From contig NMRA01000223.1 in assembly GCA_002633005.1 (NCBI GenBank), positions 163,710 through 216,868 of the forward strand: DNA of 53,159 nucleotides. Reading direction: 5' to 3'. The stretch comes from Phoronis australis (taxonomy: Eukaryota; Animalia; Phoronida). This document shows positions 39,250-50,283 of this stretch, in pieces. The stretch's first letter is position 1. Each line of letters starts with the position of its first letter. The position numbers and the translations under genes were made by a program. The notes under the pieces are model-generated. The model searched no databases, had not been told where the DNA came from, and saw nothing but the letters and a program-made list of their open reading frames with translations.

Positions 39250-41378
39250 CATTAGTTGAAACACCCAATAACATTAAACCGAATGCCATATTGCAAGTCT
39301 CCCGTTTCAACCTGCTTTTAACGTGGCTCTCTGGTGTCACTGCGCTGAGAATATAGAGTATATTCAAGACAAGGCAAAATTTTATATGTGAATAAGAGTT
39401 CCATGGCGGTAATAATTGACTTGCCGTAATCCACGCACTCTGTGGCCAATCTCTTAGCATATCCATTGCCACCAAGGGCCCGCTGGACGGAACAAAATTC
39501 GATAATAATAAGTTTTGTAGTGAACACAATCAATTTACTTTAAAATGTGTACGACGAATTTGTGTCTAGTGGGATGCATTGTTCGACGCTAATAAAAAAC
39601 ACAACCGTTGAAGGATTTTTTTTTCTGAAAGATTGAGAATCTTCATATGATGAAGATCGAAAGGCATCTGTTCTTCCTTTTGTCATTGTGGGTCTCGTGG
39701 AAAACAGCGTCAAATGCTTTCACAAAAAATGGAATGCGGAATAAAAAAACTCTTACAGGTATCTTGTGTCCAACAAAAGTGGAATAAAAAGTGACTAACG
39801 CAATTTCGAGTTTCGAATTCAAGTATATTATTAGATCTCTCGGCTTGGTAGCTCATTGAGGATACGGAAAGCGTTTTATTTGCTTCATTTAAAAGTTGGT
39901 AAGTGTGCCGGTAGTGTGAAATACACGTACGTAATTCTGGTCTCTCAGCCTGAGTCTGCTCAGGAAAAGTAATGTTGAGGGTAGTTCCGCACTCATTTGT
40001 GATGAATCAAACTGCAGCAAACCTGGCAAGCGTCGCACTTATTCCATAAAAAGCTGTAGGTAAAGGGAAACACAAGCGTTAACAAACAGGCAACAACAGT
40101 TAGATAATTTTACAGAGCGGACACTGTGGGTTTTTGCCAGACGGTAACAGAGATCGCTGGATTCCAGTAGTCGCCATCCTGTCAAAAATCAAATTTATTA
40201 TCACTGCAGCTGCATTTCTACCCTGACAATCCTTAACACGAGCCAAATCAAGATGCTGAATGCAAATTACTATGCATTTCGTATAGTCTACATGTATCTC
40301 TGTTTCATTGCTATTTTGTCTGACTTTCCATTTTGTTATCGTTATGTCTTTGCACTTTTCAATGAAGTGAGCACGTAGCACGGTATTTGTTGCGCGAAAA
40401 TGAATCCAGCTTCTTATTTTTATATTATAATCTTTGTACTTTTAAGTGAAGTGATCACGTGGTAAAGTCTTGCCTACGCGACAATGATTCGTGTCACAAG
40501 AGACGCCAATAACTTTCACACACTGGTGAAAACGACTTTCCATTAATCCTGTAAGTATCTTGAACATTGTAATTGAGGATTTTTAAACCTACTTAGCGGA
40601 TATGCGATCGTTTCCTTGCAAACATACGTATACATACAGTAGATGGTAAAACAAGCCAATGTTCGAAGTCCGTACATTGAAAGCCCATAGTCCATTAGCC
40701 TATACTCAGCTCTTAAAAAAGCTGAAGGGCCACAGGAACGTGTTTACCGATTTGTAAATTTGACATCATTGAATTAATAGGTGGAAAATTTGCTGAGCGT
40801 GTCAGTACTAACCAATTTCATTCGGATCCCACACTTTGGTCGGCAACTTTATTGTGTTTTGACCAAATGCCAAATCGACGTTGCGATGAAGAAGCCTCTG
40901 TCTTCGAAGCGTATTTGAAAATTTTATAAACGAACAAACGGCATCCATTCAGGGGCAAGTGATTGCAGGCACTAAACGCCTGCTCATATTGATTGCTACG
41001 ACACGCGTTGCGTTTAAACCGTGCTCATTCCTTCATGGTATTAGCCGATACGAGTGACCCAAGTTTACTGTATCCCTTTCCATTTATTATGAAGTGTCTA
41101 TTTTGTAAAAAAATGAACATCTCTTGGCTCAGTTGGTTATGGCTCACATATGTCTGTCTCATTTCTCGTGCAAGTGGTTCGGGTTCATTCAGACTCAAAG
41201 CCGAATGTTCGCTAGTTTGGAAATCGAATTCACTGTAGGAATTTTCAAGTACTTGAGTGTTGTGCACGTATTCATCCTTCTCTCTGTCTGCATAATAATG
41301 TTCCACTTCTCGTTCAAAATCATCATCGTCTTCTGATCTACTCTGTTCTGCTATTGTAATAGATCCCCAATTTACCAT
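39250..41378 (-). pseudogene. Decayed intronless multidomain ORF with a GNAT-like fragment
   Basis: Acidic N-terminal ORF 41378-41025; CNH.PLNG.R segment; QCPLCK; IIIEFCSVQRALGGNGYAKRLATECVDYGK resembles GNAT motif A. Confidence 0.35.
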
Positions 41379-41540
41379 TTGGCGTAAAACTTGAAAACTT
41401 GGAAATGCCTGCTTTTCTTCAAATTAAAAAATCGTGACTATTTGCCACAAAATATGCTTAATTCATGAGCGGATTTAGAAATACAAATTAGTCTACTTTT
41501 CGACATAATTCAAACGAATCATACTGCTGTTTTTGAAAAA

Positions 41541-43363
41541 TTGTTTGATGAATTTTCTGAAGAACTACGCCGTCTGTGTGAAGACATCATGAGAGGAGCT
41601 ATGATAAGAACAAGAGCGCGCTGGATTGAGCATGGGGAAAAGCCGTCAAAATATTTTTCTAATCTTGAAAAGAGAAACTATATTAATAAAAGTATTACCA
41701 AATTAATTATGCCCAATGGGGAAACGGTTACAGACCAATCCCAGTTACTCTTGGAGGCATCAACTTTCTATAAAATGTTGTACCAAAATAGAGACGATGT
41801 CACTGAGAATGTCAACTTGGATGTTCTAATTGATGATAATGTTAAAAAGTTAAGTGATATAGAGAGCTCTTTGCTCGATGGACCAATTTCTACAACTGAA
41901 GCCTTTTCGGTAGTTAAGTTCATGAAAAACAATAAATCGCCAGGCCCGGACGGCTTCTCAGCTGAATTTTACAAATGTTTATGGACTGGTCTTTCAGTAT
42001 TTTAGTTCGTTCGTTTAATGATAGTTTTCCTAAAGGTAGATTTCCTGTAAGTCAAAATCAAGGGGTGATTTCTCTTCTGCCTAAGGGTAAAAAACCGAGA
42101 GAGTACCTGACAAACTGGCGTCCTATCTCATTACTCCATACCAGTTATAAGATTTTGTCAGGTTGTCTCGCGCAAAGATTGAAACTGATAATTAGTTCAT
42201 TAGTTCATGAAAATCAGAGGGGTTTTATCAAGGGTAGACATATAGGGGAAAACACTAGGAATATTTATGATTTGATCCATTATACAGAAGAAATTAACAT
42301 TCCAGGCCTTTTAGTACTTGTTGACTTTAAGAAGGCCTTTGATTCTACTTCGTGGAATTTCATTTATAAAGTTCTCAAATTCTTTAATGGTAGTGAAAAT
42401 TTTATTGATTGGATTCATCTTCTAAATGAGGGTTCACGTCTTTCCGTTATACAACATAATTTCACGTCAGAATATTTTGCGATTGGGCGCGGGTGTCGAC
42501 AGGGGGATCCGATTTCTCCATATCTTTCCATACTGTGCGCAGAGATCATGGCAATTATGGTCCGTCAGAATTCGAAAATTAATTCATTTGTATTGGGAGC
42601 AGATCTCATAAAATAATGCAGTATGCCCATGATAGAGTCTTAACTCTTAATGGGTCCAGCCACTCTCTGAATGAAACCCTGAATCTTTTAGACCAATTTT
42701 TCAAGTGTTCTGGAAAAAACTAATTTAGAAAAAACAGAATGTGTATGCACAGGGTCTATGAAATACAGTGACATAAGGTTATGCCCTGAGAGAGAGTTAC
42801 TTTGGAGAAAAAAATATTTCACCACACTTGGTATTAAATTTAGTCTTGAGCTGCCTGAAATAACCACATTAAATTATGAAGAAAAGATCAGTGAAATTGA
42901 AGGTTGTCTCAGGAAGTGGGCCAAAAGAATTTTGACTCCCCTGGGAAAAATAACGGTAATTAAATCATTTACGATTTCCAAGCTAACTCATTTGTTTATT
43001 ACATTAAAGAATTTTTCAGTAAATTTCCTATAAAAAGAGAAAATATTATATATGAACCTTTGTGGTACAACTCTAATATTTTGGCAGGTAAAAGACATTT
43101 ATACTATAGCAGGTGGTATGAGAAAAATATTTTATTTATTTATGACTTTTTAGACTCTAATGGGACGTTTATGAATTATGAAACTTTCTGTAACGTACAT
43201 GATTTGTCTCCACCCTTCACTCAATACCTTGGTCTTAGGAGTATATTACCATCATATCTAAAAGATAGTAAAGGTCACGTCTTTCAAGTTACTTTACCTA
43301 ATTTTCCACAGGTATTCTCTAACTCCCTATTTTGTCAAAAAACAAATAAATTTATCTGTGATA
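41541..43363 (+). mobile_element. Tx1/L1-clade LINE ORF2 remnant (reverse transcriptase)
   Basis: GAMIRTRARWIEHGEKPSKYFSNLEKR, KSPGPDGFSAEFYK, NWRPISLL, DFKKAFDS, GCRQGDPISPYL, degenerate QYAHD, LTPLGKITVIKS; frameshifted. Confidence 0.93.
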
Positions 43364-43502
43364 CATGGGTGGCGCAACATAGGGGTGGGGGCTATAACCC
43401 CCAATTTTTCAGTGATACCCCGCACGTGGTCTTTAGGCGGTGTACCACAGTGAGGCTGAGGGGGCTTTATCCCCCACTTTCTTCAGTGCTGCGCTGCCCG
43501 TG
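43364..43502. mobile_element. ~140-bp MITE interrupting the Tx1 remnant
   Basis: Imperfect TIRs CATGGGTGGCGCAACA versus reverse complement CACGGGCAGCGCAGCA. Confidence 0.65.
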
Positions 43503-44599
43503 GTCAAGTTTCCCGCTGCGACCATTTTTGTAGTTGATGCAGGCAGTAGTGAGGTACTTCGTTTTTCTCATTTACCACAATGCCTTACACTAGTGAAGAA
43601 CGTTTTACGGTAACTGTGAGACACATTTGTAATTAAGTTAAGATGACTTCGAGATAGCCAGCTCACGTGTAGTGCTTATACCCGAAACCGAATTTAATTT
43701 TCTTTCCTTTTAATAGTTTTAGATCAAGTCAGGATTCGCTGTCAAGTTATTCAATAGGGAACAACACACGCAAAGTGCAGTGGAAAAATGAACTCTGAGT
43801 TCGTGCCCACGGTACCGCAGACTTTGGTGTGTAGCGTTAAGCTTTATCTACAAATAACGCTGTTCCTAATGGTGGGAGAACGTGAGTATGCGATTACAGT
43901 GACGTGAAGTTTCGCAGAAAGTTATGAGTTATTGACTTTCTACATTCTTCGGCTTTGTTTCGTGATTTCGTTCTCGTTCCCTCCTGGCCGTTATATCCAC
44001 CATAGTTTCCTTGTCACCCACTGCTGTAGTACACATCTCCTCCTACACCCTCCTCTAACATATCCTGTGTCTTAACATCACAGTCAGCCAACAGTCGGAG
44101 TAGTGCTATGGGGTTTGCTTCAAACCAAAACAGAATAAAATTTGATGACGCCTCGGTCTTTGATCATAAATCATTAGGGCCGGAATGACAACTTCCAAGT
44201 TCAGATGCTGAAAGAGCCCTGCAATCGGTTGCTCCAGTATTGCCTCTAAGTACGGAATACAGGAATTAGTTCGCTTAGTTAAAAAGACTAAATTTCATAT
44301 AGAGCTGCTATCGCCGAAATTGTCATCCTAACTAGTTTCCATGTTTGATGCAGCATAGAGAAAAATCCCGAAAAGGGCTATTTCGAGAGGGAAATTACAA
44401 TGCCGCAATTAGTACTACAGGGTAAATTTTACCGAAGGGTGGGATATTTTGATGGTGATGCTGTATCGCGCGGACAACCCACAAAACCTGGAGCACCAGT
44501 CAAGAGCGGGGCAATTGGAAGATAAGCTGTCGCAACATAACGTATTGGGTAGGGTTATCTTACAGGGTAAACTGATTCCGCTCACCTACATTCTTTTAA

Positions 44600-44800
44600 A
44601 TTTCTGCAAGCCTAGATTTGTTATTGTTAGACCAGGGAGCGGGTTCAGTAAAACCAAAATTGAAGAAGTATCCGAGTCATCTGTGTGTGCTGAGCTGGTT
44701 TAACCGTTTAAAGAAACTATAGAAGTGCTTCAATGGACATGCGATCATGTGGGCATCAACAGCACCACACAATTGGAGATAGAATCGGTGCAGACGTACA
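44600..44800 (+). pseudogene. Possible SGNH-esterase remnant of a LINE ORF1
   Basis: VIVRPGSG...HVGINS resembles the PGA...HVGTN blocks; weak. Confidence 0.25.
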
Positions 44801-46343
44801 TTTCCTGGTAGCTCTGTCCTCAATCAATTGAGTGTAAAAAGCTTCCCAGAGAACAGATTACAGACAAAGTCGATGTCATGGAGAAAAAGTGACATCAAAA
44901 TAAGTCAACGTAAGCAGCAAACTTGGAGAGACATTGAGCGCAGGCTGGCTGCACAGTTCCGGCAATCAGAAAGACGAAACAATGAACTGCTAAAGGAAAG
45001 CCAAACACTAAGAAGTCTGCAAAGAAAACCGGTGGGGGAACAAAGGAGATGGAACTGAAGTCTCCAAAATCAGGCGGTTCTTGACTTGATCGGAGATGAT
45101 GGCACCAACAGTCCCGCACGACAATGACGCCCTGCTTGTTCTGTCATATTCTTTTGTGTCCAAAGGACTGCCTGCAACTGATGAGTGTCGGGTTTTGAAC
45201 GTGCAGCAATCTGGTCAGCCTCATACGACGAAGTCTACAAAAATCCAGGTGCTAGACGGAAAGCAAATTCCAATGCACCCAAAGGGCCCTTTACCAGGGA
45301 CAAGCCGCGAAAAGAATAGACTGCAGGCCCTGTCTCCACCTTTGAGTCCCGCGTGTGCTTTCACTACACCGATTACACGGCGGGCAACAATAAAAAATCC
45401 CCTCTATATCCCCTACCCAGATAAACTTGGTCCGCCACGAAGCGAACGAGCCCTATAATTGCGCTTGACAATTCATTTCGGTGCTCGGGAAATAATCCCG
45501 ACAGAGATGCAAATTTCCGAGGTAGGCAATATTTTTCTGATATGAACCTATGTCCCATTCATGCCAGGTGCTTTTGAAGAATCACTTGCCGGAATACGTT
45601 AAGGAATACGGAAATTTATTGCATGAAAATAAAATTTTCGGATCCGCTCAGACGCGTAAATATTTTACGCAGTTTTCCTGGACAAATCCGCTTTATCTGG
45701 ACATGTATGATCCGAACGTCATTAAATAAACGATTAGAAACGACTTTTTTAATTAAATAACGTTTTGTACGGCGTGTTTTTTGCAAGTCGACGGATTAAT
45801 GTATTTAATAAATGGTACTCAATTGGTCCTTTATTTGTAAAAAATATGGAATTAAATTGATTAATTATAAACTAATCATAGAATGAAATTAACCATGAAG
45901 GTGTTTAGGTTTCGGTTGTTGCAGCCAATAATTCATGATTAAATCTATTATTTTTGTGACCTGAACATCGAAAATTGACGTAATGTGTCATTTTTCCTGG
46001 ATTCGTGAAACATTTACAACCGAGCAGACCACTTCAACACTCTTTGGCTTTCAATCAAATTGATATATATCTTCTATATTGTTTGTGTTTCATGACGTGC
46101 TAATTATAGCTACGTTGTACCTAAAGAAATCCTGACAATGACGCAAAGAACACCGCAGGAGGATCGAAATTTGTGACCCCCAGAGAAAGGGGTTTTCTTT
46201 TGAAGGAAAACAAACTACAAAGAGAAATGAGTAAATTAACTTAACACTGGTTTTACCGTTTTACCACGATTTTTTAAATTTGACGAAGGCATCATACATA
46301 TATCGGTGCTTATAAATATAAAAATAATTATATATATATATAA

Positions 46344-46519
46344 AACTTACTTTAAACACTTGATGGAACTGCGCCCAACCGTCATCTTCAGTTGGTCTCC
46401 TACTGTCCTTAATGGTTTCGTCCCTAAACCAAGACCATCTCTAGTAGGCGGGACAGCAGAGTTGACCAGGCTCTGCCTGACGGTTGTTGATGGTATTGCT
46501 GTTAGTGCTTCATCCATAT
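46344..46519 (-). repeat. 3' terminal direct repeat of the Hero element
   Basis: Colinear with 50026-50201 (offset 3682), with about ten substitutions. Confidence 0.97.
46376..46486 (-). ncRNA. Candidate permuted/pseudoknotted hammerhead ribozyme (3' copy)
   Basis: Minus strand: CAACCGTCA-GGCAGAG..CTCTGCT-GTCCC-g-CCTACT-agag-ATGGT-C-TTGGT-tta-GGGAC-GAA-ACCAT-taaggac-AGTAGG-ag-ACCAA-CTGAAGA-TGACGGTTG; six complementary helices around an intact core. Confidence 0.7.
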
Positions 46520-49500
46520 CCAACATGATGCCTGTTCAGCTTCGGTGGCCACATCGCGTAGAAGAACCTTGTTTCCTGTCGCAGAGACGCCCAGAGACCT
46601 TGCCATAGCAGTAACCGAGCTGGCCGGAAAACCATGGCAACCAACCTCCACAGAAAAACTCCAACACCTCTAGCCGTTAACGTGGCAGTCACTCCTCAGA
46701 TCAGTATATTTCAGGTTCTTCCGCTCATGAGCCTCTTCTACCATACTCTCCCACGCAATGGTGAGCTCGATCAGGATGATCTGGTGGGAACTGTCCGAAT
46801 AAAGAATAAAGTCAGGGCGCTGGGTAGTCTGGACAATGTGCTGTGGGAAGGATGACTGGTGACCTGCAAGATCAACCCACAATTTCCAGTCGTTTGCTGT
46901 GTGAAGGATGCCTTTTTGCGCTGGTGTCTTCTTCTTACTTGCCTCATCGCCACTTCTTCTGAAACTGATAAATTCGATCCGGTGGCTTCTTGACTTTGGT
47001 TTACTCTTGACTTCGTCAACCAACACCCTTGCGAAAACTTTCAGTACCTGTTTGTGTCGGTAGGTGTACTTTCCTGATGCCAAAGACGCGCTGCAAGATG
47101 ACAGAATGTGTTCTAAAGAACATCTGCGTACACACTGAATACAGCTCGGGTTGTCAGTGAACCTCAAATAGCAAGGTTGCTGGGAGTAGGCAGTACGTCA
47201 TAAACAGATCTGATGAGAAACTTTGCTTTCAAAGGCGACATCTTCCACAAGTCCGCCCACTTTATTTCCCTTTGCAAGACTTTGTCCCACTTCGTCCACG
47301 CCCCCTGCTGACCCATCTGAACTGCTCGGGCATACCTTCCTTCGTTCTCTGACAATCTAACTTCTCTGATTATTCTGTCTCTGTCTGGTTTTTAAGTCTC
47401 TCCCTTGCTGGATTCCCGGTCTTGTATCCCAGTCCTTGCCTACCTTGGCAAGCACTTCATATTAGTTGCTTGTGCCTCAGCCGGCTTTCTGCTTCGCTGA
47501 TTGCCGACGTGGTGGACCACTTACTGCCGGTACGTGACTGGGTGATGCAACCACTGATAGCCTGGTCAGATGTATGCCGCAGAGTGATACTGGCTCGCAC
47601 TTTGGTAACTTTATATTCCTCCACCACAGATGAGACCGGTAGAACGAGTTTCGATGACTTGCTGAATGATGCAGGTAGACCAAGCCACCTTCGAATGAAC
47701 CGGCTCGCTGTTCTTTCCATTTCCTCAGCTGAAGACGATGTGACGTCGTAGATTAACAGTGGTCACATAAGCTTCGGGAGCAAGATGAACTGGTAGCACC
47801 AAAGCTTGAATCTTCCGGGTATGCCGTCTTTGTCGATCTTCTCAAGCCAAGCCTTGAGCTGGGCTTTCACATCCTTGACACGGGATGTGTCTCGTAGGCT
47901 GCTATCATAGTACTTGCCAAGGCACTTGACTGGTTGTTCACTTATTGTTGGAATTCTGCAACCTGCTATCGAAAACGTCTGTCTCTTGAGCAACACGCCT
48001 CTGTTGATAATTAGTGATCTGGACTTCTCTGCCTTGAATGACAAACAGGCCCATTTAGTGAGCTCTTCTAGGCAACGGAGAATTGTTCTGGCTCCCACTG
48101 GTGACACTGTCACAATTGTAATGTCGTCAACAAAAGCTCTACATGACGGCTGTCTGACTTCATCTAGCTTGGGACCTCTTCGTTCGGAGTGGGCTGTCTT
48201 CAGCTGGACATTCATTGCCATGATAAACAGGATGACTGAAATGGTACAGCCCGTCATAACTCCTTTTTCAAGGTGTTGCCACTTCGTAGTGAAGTTGCCG
48301 ACCGTGAAACTCATCAAACAGGAGCTATAGTATGACTTCACTATACTCTAGACTTTCTCAGGAATGTGGTAGATGTCCATGGGACGATAAACTGATACAT
48401 GTGGTACCGAGCCGTACGCATTTGCCATGTCGAGCCACACCATAGACAGATTCTTCTTGCCCTTCTTCGCTCGGTGTATGAGTTCACTTATGATAGAATT
48501 ATGTTCCAGGCATCCAGAAAAGACTGGTACCCCGCCTTTCTGTGAAGATGTGTCAATATACTTGTTCTTGATCATGAAGTCTGTCATTCTGCCGGATAGG
48601 ATTGCTAAGTAGATCTTTCCTTCCACGCTAAGCAGTGAAATTGGTCGAAACTTGCTAATCTGCTTCGAGCCTTCTTCTTTCGGAACATAAACCCCTTCAG
48701 CTCGCCCGCACTGGGCTGGAACTACGCCCTTCCTCCAGAGGATCTTAAACAGCTTCCAGAGCCTTTTCTCAACTTGGGACACATCTTATAGACCATGTAG
48801 GAAATTCTACTTGGACCAGGGGCTGACCCCGATCGGGCTTTCTTCACAGTGCTATCCACTTCTGACTTTTTAATGTCCCCCAGATCAAAACCTTCGTCTG
48901 GTAGATCTTCAGCCTCTTGACCCGGAAAGTCGCCAAGGGGAGTATCTTTCAACTCATCGCTGTGAATTTTGGCAAGGTGCTTCTCCAACACTGCCCGGGT
49001 GCACGTAAGTGTTCCGCTTTTGCTCTTGCCTAAAGCCCTGAAGCATACTGATAGGGGTTCTTAATGAATTTCTCTCTCTGCCTTGACCGCTTCTTCCTAT
49101 TTTGTGCACCTCGTTAAGCTTTGCGGAGGGACAATAGTCGCTTGCGGGCCTCAGATGTCAGGTGAGTTATTCCTGCTTTTTCGTGCTCAGCTGCACTCTT
49201 CCACAGGCGACGGAGTTCTCTAAGCTCTCTGCGGATAGTTGCTATTTCCCGTTGTCGTCTGTTTGGTCCTCGTGGGTTTGATGTTTCCTTTCTTTTCTCT
49301 ACTGTTCCAAAGCGGTCCACACTGACTTGGTAAACAATCCTAGTCATAGCCTCAATCTTTGTCTCAGCTGGACCTCGAAGAGTGACACGTAAGATGCTAT
49401 CCAGATCATCGTCTAAGGCTGACCACGCCTTCTTATCAGCTGCTGGTGGCCACTTGATTCGATCCTTCTTTGCAGTATCTGGTGGGCCTGCTGAACTGGC

Positions 49501-49812
49501 TGGAACTGGATTCTGAAATACTTCAGCTTCTACTACTAATGCTTCCATCCGATGCGTAGCTGGGAGGTCTTCTGCACTGTGGTTTGAGACCTGGCTCAAT
49601 CCCTCGCCCGTCTCACTCGACGTGGCGCCCAAGCGTTGCCTTGCGACCTGACGTAAGCACTTAATCTTTCCTTGGTGGATCTTCAACCCTCTTAAATTCT
49701 TTAGAATCTTTCCACACACACAGGTTCTTGATGCTAAATCGGTGTTCGTAATCGTAGTCCTATTCGGTCCGGTCGTTGCCGTTGGAGGTCTGTCGTTGGA
49801 CTCTTCTTGCAT
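46502..49812 (-). pseudogene. Hero ORF (ZnF-RT-CCHC-RLE), disrupted by frameshifts and stops
   Basis: Consecutive minus ORF fragments 49114-49812, 48722-48991, 48348-48782, 47763-48341, 47457-47720, 47164-47355, 46670-47167; ends ...EAEQASCWIWMKH* at 46502. Confidence 0.9.
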
Positions 49813-49868
49813 CCTCCCTCTCTGAGAGTCCTGAGGTTGTCTTTCTGGTAATTTGGATGTAGCAATAT

Positions 49869-49991
49869 GGATGGGTGTGTCCTCGCGAACACTTCAAACT
49901 GACAGCTAATCCGAGCTGAACCCGATGCTGTCTTTCCACGCTGTCATCAGTCTCTCCCGATGTCCCTTGTCTTTCCAAGTGTCACCCATCC
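49869..49991 (-). ncRNA. Structured 5' UTR element of Hero with twin UGGAAAGACA motifs
   Basis: Nested complements GGATGGGTG/CACCCATCC, ACACTT/AAGTGT and TGACAGC/GCTGTCA; TGGAAAGACA twice on minus. Confidence 0.5.
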
Positions 49992-50025
49992 TATTCATGG
50001 AAGTCACGGCTTTGCCGATAACAAG

Positions 50026-50197
50026 AACTTACTTTAAACACTTGACGGAACTGTGCTCAACCGTCATCTTCAGTTGGTCTCCTACTGTCCTTAATGGTTT
50101 CGTCCCTAAACCAAGACCATCTCTAGTAGGCGGGACAACAGAGTTGATCAGGCTCTGCCTGAGAGTTGTTGATGGTATTGCTGTTGGTGCTTCATCC

Positions 50198-50201
<4 letters not shown>
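50026..50201 (-). repeat. 5' terminal direct repeat of the Hero element
   Basis: Copy of 46344-46519, including the last codons of the ORF. Confidence 0.97.
50058..50168 (-). ncRNA. Candidate permuted/pseudoknotted hammerhead ribozyme (5' copy)
   Basis: Core and inner helices identical to the 3' copy; two mismatches in the outer 9-bp helix. Confidence 0.65.
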
Positions 50202-50228
<27 letters not shown>

Positions 50229-50243
50229 CGTGTGTGTGTGTGT

Positions 50244-50280
<37 letters not shown>

Positions 50281-50283
50281 TGT
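50198..50283. repeat. Compound (TA)n(TG)n microsatellite
   Basis: Directly visible. Confidence 0.95.

Larger units (their letters stand above)
46344..50201 (-). mobile_element. Hero-clade RLE non-LTR retrotransposon, near full length, with 176-bp terminal direct repeats
   Basis: One frameshifted ORF with N-terminal zinc finger CVCGKILKNLRGLKIHQGKIKC, RT (FRPISLLSVEGK, WLDMANAYGSVPH, GVMTGCTISVILF, AFVDD), CCHC knuckle CIQC...LEHILSSC and RLE RPD...IELT..WE....EAHERK..KY; (TA)n on both flanks. Confidence 0.92.

Noticed and set aside
47422-48612. Plus-strand ORFs over the Hero element
   Set aside because: Antisense shadows of the RT ORF.
49942-49952. CUGAUGA in the Hero 5' UTR as a further hammerhead
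   Set aside because: I could not build stems I and III with a correctly placed GAAA and NUH around it.
46344-50201. LTR retrotransposon interpretation of the terminal repeats
   Set aside because: No TG...CA ends, PBS, gag, protease or integrase; the protein is clearly the RLE non-LTR type.
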